A DNA stretch of 21,477 bases from assembly GCA_963934255.1 (NCBI GenBank), contig CAWVXU010000043.1:1-21477 (forward strand). Reading direction: 5' to 3'. Below are positions 16,499 to 21,477 of the stretch, piece by piece. A program made the translations under genes and the position numbers. Numbering within the stretch: position 1 is the stretch's first letter; each line of letters begins with the position of its first letter. The stretch comes from an uncultured Fibrobacterales bacterium. Lineage in GTDB: Bacteria; Fibrobacterota; Fibrobacteria; Fibrobacterales; CAWVXU01. Below the pieces are notes generated by a model. It was not told where the DNA came from, made no database searches, and saw only the letters and a program-made list of their open reading frames with translations.

Positions 16499-16518
16499 TT
16501 GTAAATATATCTTTACAA
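16499..16518. promoter_or_regulatory. Perfect palindromic operator candidate TTGTAAA-N6-TTTACAA
   Basis: TTGTAAA TATATC TTTACAA, a 7-6-7 inverted repeat in the divergent intergenic region upstream of pilA. Confidence 0.6.
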
Positions 16519-16572
16519 GTAGGCTCAAAAAACTCAAATACTGCCGTTTTCACAATTAAAAACGACTTTACT

Positions 16573-16600
16573 TTGACTACAAAGCCCCCCTTAGTATACT
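16573..16600 (+). promoter_or_regulatory. Candidate sigma70 promoter for the 16625 operon
   Basis: TTGACT (16573-16578), 16-nt spacer, TATACT (16595-16600); both are 5/6 consensus. Confidence 0.6.
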
Positions 16601-16624
16601 GATTAAGTTATTTTGTAAAGAATT

Positions 16625-17596
16625 ATGGCAAATTTTTTTACAAAAAAGCCTTTAAGCTTATTAGTTATCCTCATAATTCTCAGCACTTTAGCTTGGGGTG
16701 TACATGAGTGGTCTGCTCCCTCTAATCATCAATCTCAACTAAAAGAAGCCAAAGAAAAGTACGCTACTCTGCAAGATTCGATTCAAAATCTTGACTATCA
16801 AATCAGAGAAGCTCATGAGGTTCAAATCATTAAGCTTCAAAAAGACAGATTGACCCTATTTCAAAAACAGATTGAATCCACTCGTAAAAGTATAACCCTT
16901 CTCAGTAAGAGTAAAAAGTCCATAGGATTCAACTTTGATAGTCTATCAGTAAGTCTTTCTAAAAACCCGTTGGTACAGATTCTAATATGGATTGCTCTAG
17001 CGCTCTGCGTTTTTGTCACCATTTTGTTTTTCATGATTAAAAGAAGAAAGAATCCGACCTCTCAGGCGAAGGGGAAGGCCAAGCCAATCACAATGGATCA
17101 GGTACGCCCTCCAACTGCACAAGAGTTAGGTCAAAACCAGCTTGAAGATTTATTAGCAAGGTTACAAAATGGGGCCCCTTTGGCCAAAGCGAGCCAGCGA
17201 CCTAAAAATTCAACTCAAGTAGCTTCCCATCCAATTAACTCACCCACGGTTATTGCTGAGTCCGACCTCAATGAAATCACACCGGCCGCTGAAGTGATTA
17301 TCCCTAATCAGAGTTCAGATCCCACAATTGAAAAAGTAGACGAATCCCATTTTCAAACTGGACCGGAAGTTTCTGCCAATTTTAACCCAGCGCCTGCACC
17401 GAAATTTGATGATAAACCCAAGGAAGAAGAAATTTTTCCTTCTAGTCTTAATCGACTTGATCAAGAAGATCGTGAAAAGTCAGACGTACTGAAACTCGCT
17501 AGACGAGGATATACCTCTTCCGAAATTGCAAGAAGACTTAAGTTATCTCAAGATCAGGTCGAATTCATTATTAGGCTTCAACGCGAAAAAGGGTAG
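16625..17596 (+). CDS. Membrane-anchored coiled-coil protein with disordered linker and C-terminal HTH (DUF2802/DUF6115-like tail)
   Basis: N-terminal hydrophobic helix, coiled coil, second TM followed by KRRK, P/S/Q-rich linker, C-terminal VLKLARRGYTSSEIARRLKLSQDQVEFII. Start codon is ATG at about 16626 or the track start; exact position uncertain. Confidence 0.65.
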   Translation: MANFFTKKPLSLLVILIILSTLAWGVHEWSAPSNHQSQLKEAKEKYATLQDSIQNLDYQIREAHEVQIIKLQKDRLTLFQKQIESTRKSITLLSKSKKSIGFNFDSLSVSLSKNPLVQILIWIALALCVFVTILFFMIKRRKNPTSQAKGKAKPITMDQVRPPTAQELGQNQLEDLLARLQNGAPLAKASQRPKNSTQVASHPINSPTVIAESDLNEITPAAEVIIPNQSSDPTIEKVDESHFQTGPEVSANFNPAPAPKFDDKPKEEEIFPSSLNRLDQEDREKSDVLKLARRGYTSSEIARRLKLSQDQVEFIIRLQREKG

Positions 17597-17603
17597 GTAG
17601 ATT

Positions 17604-19706
17604 TTGCAACTTGGCTGGATCTCAAAATTGGTTTCATCTCAAAATCAAGAAACTGTATCTAAACCCAAGGACACAGCTAAGCCCCAAATCCAAAGTGGCT
17701 CCAATCCTCAAGTCAATGATTTATTAGCAAAGATTACTCAAGTTTTAAATAACCAAGAAAGTCATTTCTCCCCTCAAGAGCTGACTCAACAACTTCAATC
17801 CCTGAGATCTTTAATCATTCAAGAACTAGGTGATCAAGTTGATATAAAAAAACTCGATATTTGGTTGGGTGACTTCATAAAACATATGATCAAGTTTCAA
17901 GATTTCGGAAACGACTTGTCCCCAACTTCATCAACCAACACGAAGCCTTTATCAACTCAACTATTAGCTCAATTATCTGACATCATTCCTCAAAGTCAAA
18001 TCAGTGCACCTTTGTTGGCTAAATTGGAAAAGCTTCTTTTAAATGTTTTAACACAACATCAAACCAATCATCCTTCCAATAACATTGCCCAAGGACTAGA
18101 TAAAGAAATTCTTGGATTACTTGAAAGATCTCAGCTCGATCAATTAGAAACACTTTTTCAATCAAATACATCTACTTCACCCAACAGCCTGAGTAATTCA
18201 CTCAACCAACAAAGCTTCAAGGATAACTTGTCATCTGAGTTACAATCCTGGCATCTTCTGTCCCGTAAAGATTCAAGTATTCCTGTGGGCCTAGAAAAAT
18301 GGTTCTTACAGAATCAACTCACCATTAAAATTGATTCTAAAATCAACAGTCCTTTTGTTATTCAAATCGACCCTCAAGGTGTTCACCTCCCCGCTAGCAT
18401 AGAACAAAATCTATCACCTCAGCAAGCACAAGAATTTAAACAAAATATTTTGTCGCAAGTAGTACAGCAAAATTTAAAAGGAATCACTCAAACGAGCCTT
18501 TGGACTGCACTGCCAACTCAAGATCAAAACACAATTATACTGGCTCCCAATTCTATTTCTCAAAAATCAAATACAAGTGAAAGTCATCAGCTTTTCCAAC
18601 AACAAAGCCCACCTCATTCAAGATCAATAGAGGCACTTAGAATTATCAATTCATTTATGAGTCAAAATAATCTAAGTGAAGGTAAGAATATAAACCCTAC
18701 ACCTAGTCCAACAAATCCAGGTAGTGCATACACAGCTCAATCAGATTTGGCACCTACTGACCAAGTTGAGAGAAAGCCCATCATACAACCAGCGGCCAAT
18801 CTAAGTCCCTTAGCACTTTCAAGCTCTCCAACACCACTTGCCCCTGCCACTTCACAAATATCCGAGAAACAAGCTTTCGATACAAAGACTTCACTTCTCA
18901 ATCTTTTTCAAAAAGCGATTTATCAATTTGAATCTCAATTAGCACCAGGTGACTCACCTTCGCTTCCCGAAAAAGAGCAGATACTCAAAATTGTACTGGC
19001 CATTAAAAATCAAGGCATACCAGCGGGACAAATTTTTAATTCACTAGAACATCTCATGAAGGAGCAAAACCTACTTGAATGGATCCGAAGCCCTGAAAGC
19101 GAACTACAAGATTTAAAGAAACTCCCACCTCAAGTTCGCGCTTTACTTGAACAAAATTTATCTGACTCTAAACTCATGAAGCCAGTCGAACTCATTCAAA
19201 CCTTAGAACAAAGTGTTCAAAACCAACCAGATCTCAAAGACCACCCCGCTGTCAAACGCCTCTTGCATTTTTCTCAATGGAACTCTCTCAATCAAGATTC
19301 CCAAACTGATCAGAACAAACAACAAAGTGTTTACTGGTCCAATGGTGACCAAATGTTTCATTCTCGAATACAAGTTCAAGATGAACGTCAAAAAGAAGGT
19401 CAAGAAGATGAACAAAAAGCTCAGAGAATCGTCATCTATACACAGACAGAGGCACTCGGCGAAATCAATGCGCAACTATCTCTTCCTAACACGAATTCAA
19501 CCGATATTCATATTACTTTAGAAGACGAATTAGGTAAATACCCAGAAGAATACCAAAACGAAGTGAAAAACCTACGTGATGACTTGCTCAATATCGGGTT
19601 TCATCTCAAAGATTTTTTATATCGAGCCAAGCCCGAAGCCAAGGTGTTTTTTACTCAAAACCCAAATGACTTAGAGCCAAATTCCGGCATCGACTTGAAA
19701 GCCTGA
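17604..19706 (+). CDS. Large Q/S/N/P-rich protein with FliK-like (hook-length control) C-terminal domain
   Basis: Low-complexity body; C-terminal RIVIYTQTEALGEINAQLSL...LRDDLLNIGFHL...GIDLKA resembles the FliK_C/T3S4 pattern. Confidence 0.55.
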   Translation: MQLGWISKLVSSQNQETVSKPKDTAKPQIQSGSNPQVNDLLAKITQVLNNQESHFSPQELTQQLQSLRSLIIQELGDQVDIKKLDIWLGDFIKHMIKFQDFGNDLSPTSSTNTKPLSTQLLAQLSDIIPQSQISAPLLAKLEKLLLNVLTQHQTNHPSNNIAQGLDKEILGLLERSQLDQLETLFQSNTSTSPNSLSNSLNQQSFKDNLSSELQSWHLLSRKDSSIPVGLEKWFLQNQLTIKIDSKINSPFVIQIDPQGVHLPASIEQNLSPQQAQEFKQNILSQVVQQNLKGITQTSLWTALPTQDQNTIILAPNSISQKSNTSESHQLFQQQSPPHSRSIEALRIINSFMSQNNLSEGKNINPTPSPTNPGSAYTAQSDLAPTDQVERKPIIQPAANLSPLALSSSPTPLAPATSQISEKQAFDTKTSLLNLFQKAIYQFESQLAPGDSPSLPEKEQILKIVLAIKNQGIPAGQIFNSLEHLMKEQNLLEWIRSPESELQDLKKLPPQVRALLEQNLSDSKLMKPVELIQTLEQSVQNQPDLKDHPAVKRLLHFSQWNSLNQDSQTDQNKQQSVYWSNGDQMFHSRIQVQDERQKEGQEDEQKAQRIVIYTQTEALGEINAQLSLPNTNSTDIHITLEDELGKYPEEYQNEVKNLRDDLLNIGFHLKDFLYRAKPEAKVFFTQNPNDLEPNSGIDLKA

Positions 19707-19710
19707 TCTC

Positions 19711-20436
19711 ATGACTACTTATCGTTTAAAAGTGGCTTATGTTGGAACAAATTATTGTGGCTGGCAAATTCAACCCAATTCACCAACAATACAAGAGGAA
19801 CTGCAGAAGGTCCTCAAAATTATCACTCGTGAATATGTACATGTAAAAGGATCAGGACGCACTGATGCGGGTGTTCACAGTAGCGGTCAAGTGGCTAAGT
19901 TTGATTCTAACGAGATTCGCGACTTATCTACATTTCAACGCTCTATAAACGGTCTGCTGCCTCATGATATTGCAGTTAGAGATCTTGAAATTTGTTCTGA
20001 CAACTTTCAGCCACGTTTTGATGCTACGAGCAGATATTATATTTATACTATTTATACCAGAAAACCTGCCTTTTCCGCAGAACTTGGGTGGTATTGTGCC
20101 CATGATTTTGATACTGAGGTATTCAAAAAAGCTGCTCAACTGTTTCTCGGTATACATGACTTTGAACAATTCTGTATACCTCGTCATGATGGTAAATCCA
20201 CTTTGTGTGAAATTCAAGAAGTAGAAGTCAAAGAGTTTGATGGGAAGATTGAATTTCACCTCAAAGGTAACCGTTTTTTACATCGTATGGTTCGAGCCAT
20301 GGTCGGGTGTATGATGGAAATTGCCCGAGGGAAGATCGAAATAACTCTACTTGAGCAGGTTTTAGACTCCGGAGCACAGGCTCCACGTGTTTGGGCACCT
20401 CCTCAAGGCCTTAATCTCTGGGAAGTTCGCTACTAG
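19711..20436 (+). CDS. truA: tRNA pseudouridine(38-40) synthase
   Basis: YVGTNYCGWQIQ, GSGRTDAGVH, GIHDF, FLHRMVR, APPQGLNL. Confidence 0.97.
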   Translation: MTTYRLKVAYVGTNYCGWQIQPNSPTIQEELQKVLKIITREYVHVKGSGRTDAGVHSSGQVAKFDSNEIRDLSTFQRSINGLLPHDIAVRDLEICSDNFQPRFDATSRYYIYTIYTRKPAFSAELGWYCAHDFDTEVFKKAAQLFLGIHDFEQFCIPRHDGKSTLCEIQEVEVKEFDGKIEFHLKGNRFLHRMVRAMVGCMMEIARGKIEITLLEQVLDSGAQAPRVWAPPQGLNLWEVRY

Positions 20437-20507
20437 TTTGCATCTAGCCCTAATTCCCTCACAATAGATTGTTATATTTTTAGCATAACATTTTTAGGTA
20501 GGTTCCC

Positions 20508-20822
20508 ATGAATCGGATTTCAACCAGCAGACTTATTGTATTTGTCATTCTCGGGCTTCTCGTAGGTGGCACTTTAGGCGAGAGCTTAGGCTATTTACTT
20601 GGCAAATTAGGTGAAATGGCGGGCCTGGGTTACGATAACTTTATTCGTAATGGTTTTGTCGAAGGGTTTGAATTCGACCTTGGGTTTAACAGCCCCGAAG
20701 GCATCAAAATTGACCTCTACCTCATCAAACTTAAATTCGGCTTCGGCATGAAGCTCAATCTTGTGAGTTTTATTGGACTCGCAGTCGCTCTTTACATTGA
20801 AAAATGGTCTCGCGGTAGATAA
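20508..20822 (+). CDS. Small membrane protein, DUF4321-like
   Basis: Gly-rich N-terminal TM (LGLLVGGTLGESLG), IDLYLIKLKFGFGMKLNLVSFIGL pattern, C-terminal TM. Confidence 0.7.
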   Translation: MNRISTSRLIVFVILGLLVGGTLGESLGYLLGKLGEMAGLGYDNFIRNGFVEGFEFDLGFNSPEGIKIDLYLIKLKFGFGMKLNLVSFIGLAVALYIEKWSRGR

Positions 20823-20831
20823 GGACTTTTC

Positions 20832-21477
20832 ATGAAAACTATTGAACAAATTCAAAAACAGCTTCAAAATGGCGAAACCAATTCTGTCGCGCTAGTTGAA
20901 GCAGCAATTGCTGACATCAAATCCAAAAATTCAAATCAAGCCGCGATTTCTCTTATTGAAGATCAATCCATTGAGTGGGCTACTACTCAAGATACCAATC
21001 GAGCTCAAGGCATTATTGCTAGTCCACTTGCTGGGATACCCATAGCAATTAAAGATAACATCAATATTACAGGCGTGAAAACGACTTGTGGTTCTATGAT
21101 GCTAGAGAATTTTACCTCTCCATATACTGCCACTTCAACGATGAAACTTCTTGAAGCCGGTGCTATTCCAGTGGCCAAAGCCAATATGGACGAGTTTGCT
21201 ATGGGCTCCACATCTGAGTCTTCTTTCTTTGGTACAACGATTAACCCCACTTATCCAGAACTGATTCCTGGTGGCTCATCTGGTGGATCTGCTGCTCTTG
21301 TCGCGCAAAATAGTGTCGCAATTGCTCTGGGCTCTGACACAGGTGGTTCAATTCGTCAACCAGCCGCATGTACGGGTATTGTAGGGGTAAAGCCTACCTA
21401 TGGTCGTGTGTCTCGTTATGGTCTAGTTTCATACGCATCTTCTCTAGATCAAATCGGACCACTTAGCCATACAGTTC
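20832..21477 (+). CDS. gatA: Asp/Glu-tRNA amidotransferase subunit A, 3' truncated by window; absent from the ORF track
   Basis: Translated by hand from ATG 20832 (AAGGA RBS): [68 protein letters not shown] amidase signature. Confidence 0.95.
   Translation, partial: MKTIEQIQKQLQNGETNSVALVEAAIADIKSKNSNQAAISLIEDQSIEWATTQDTNRAQGIIASPLAGIPIAIKDNINITGVKTTCGSMMLENFTSPYTATSTMKLLEAGAIPVAKANMDEFAMGSTSESSFFGTTINPTYPELIPGGSSGGSAALVAQNSVAIALGSDTGGSIRQPAACTGIVGVKPTYGRVSRYGLVSYASSLDQIGPLSHTV

Noticed and set aside
16396..16624. Sigma54 promoter for pilA
   Set aside because: No properly spaced GG-N10-GC / TGGCAC-N5-TTGC found by eye on the minus strand.
17604..19400. CAA/TCA-rich DNA as a tandem repeat array
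   Set aside because: Reflects Q/S/N/P amino-acid bias; no discrete repeat unit seen.
4030..21250. Short antisense or alternate-frame ORFs in the track (for example 4030-4380, 5580-5849, 7095-7295, 11151-11354, 16013-16225, 19213-19521, 19924-20259, 21005-21250)
   Set aside because: They overlap well-supported genes and show no recognisable motifs; treated as shadow ORFs.

Overview
AT-rich bacterial chromosomal window. The pilin N-terminus, DnaA domain IV style, a T9SS-like C-terminal tail and a bS22-type ribosomal peptide together suggest an FCB-group organism, most plausibly Fibrobacterota (inference). Order: 3' end of hemE; a minus-strand pair of dnaA and, 1 nt downstream, a secreted HEXXH metalloprotease (no dnaN, no adjacent oriC visible); a plus-strand run of membrane protein, squalene-synthase-like enzyme, lspA, rluD, trkH and a MurC/Mpl-like ligase; an unannotated 31-aa bS22/COX24-like basic peptide followed by three hairpins; recD2; a type IV pilin locus (GT2, TPR-like accessory protein, Wzy_C oligosaccharyltransferase-like gene, terminator, pilA) with a perfect TGTAAA-N6-TTTACA palindrome upstream of pilA; a membrane-anchored C-terminal-HTH protein and a FliK-like protein; truA; a DUF4321-like protein; and the 5' part of gatA. 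The best candidate for an undescribed system is the pilin O-glycosylation cassette, followed by the divergent DnaA coupled to a secreted protease. No CRISPR array, rRNA, tRNA or mobile element was seen.
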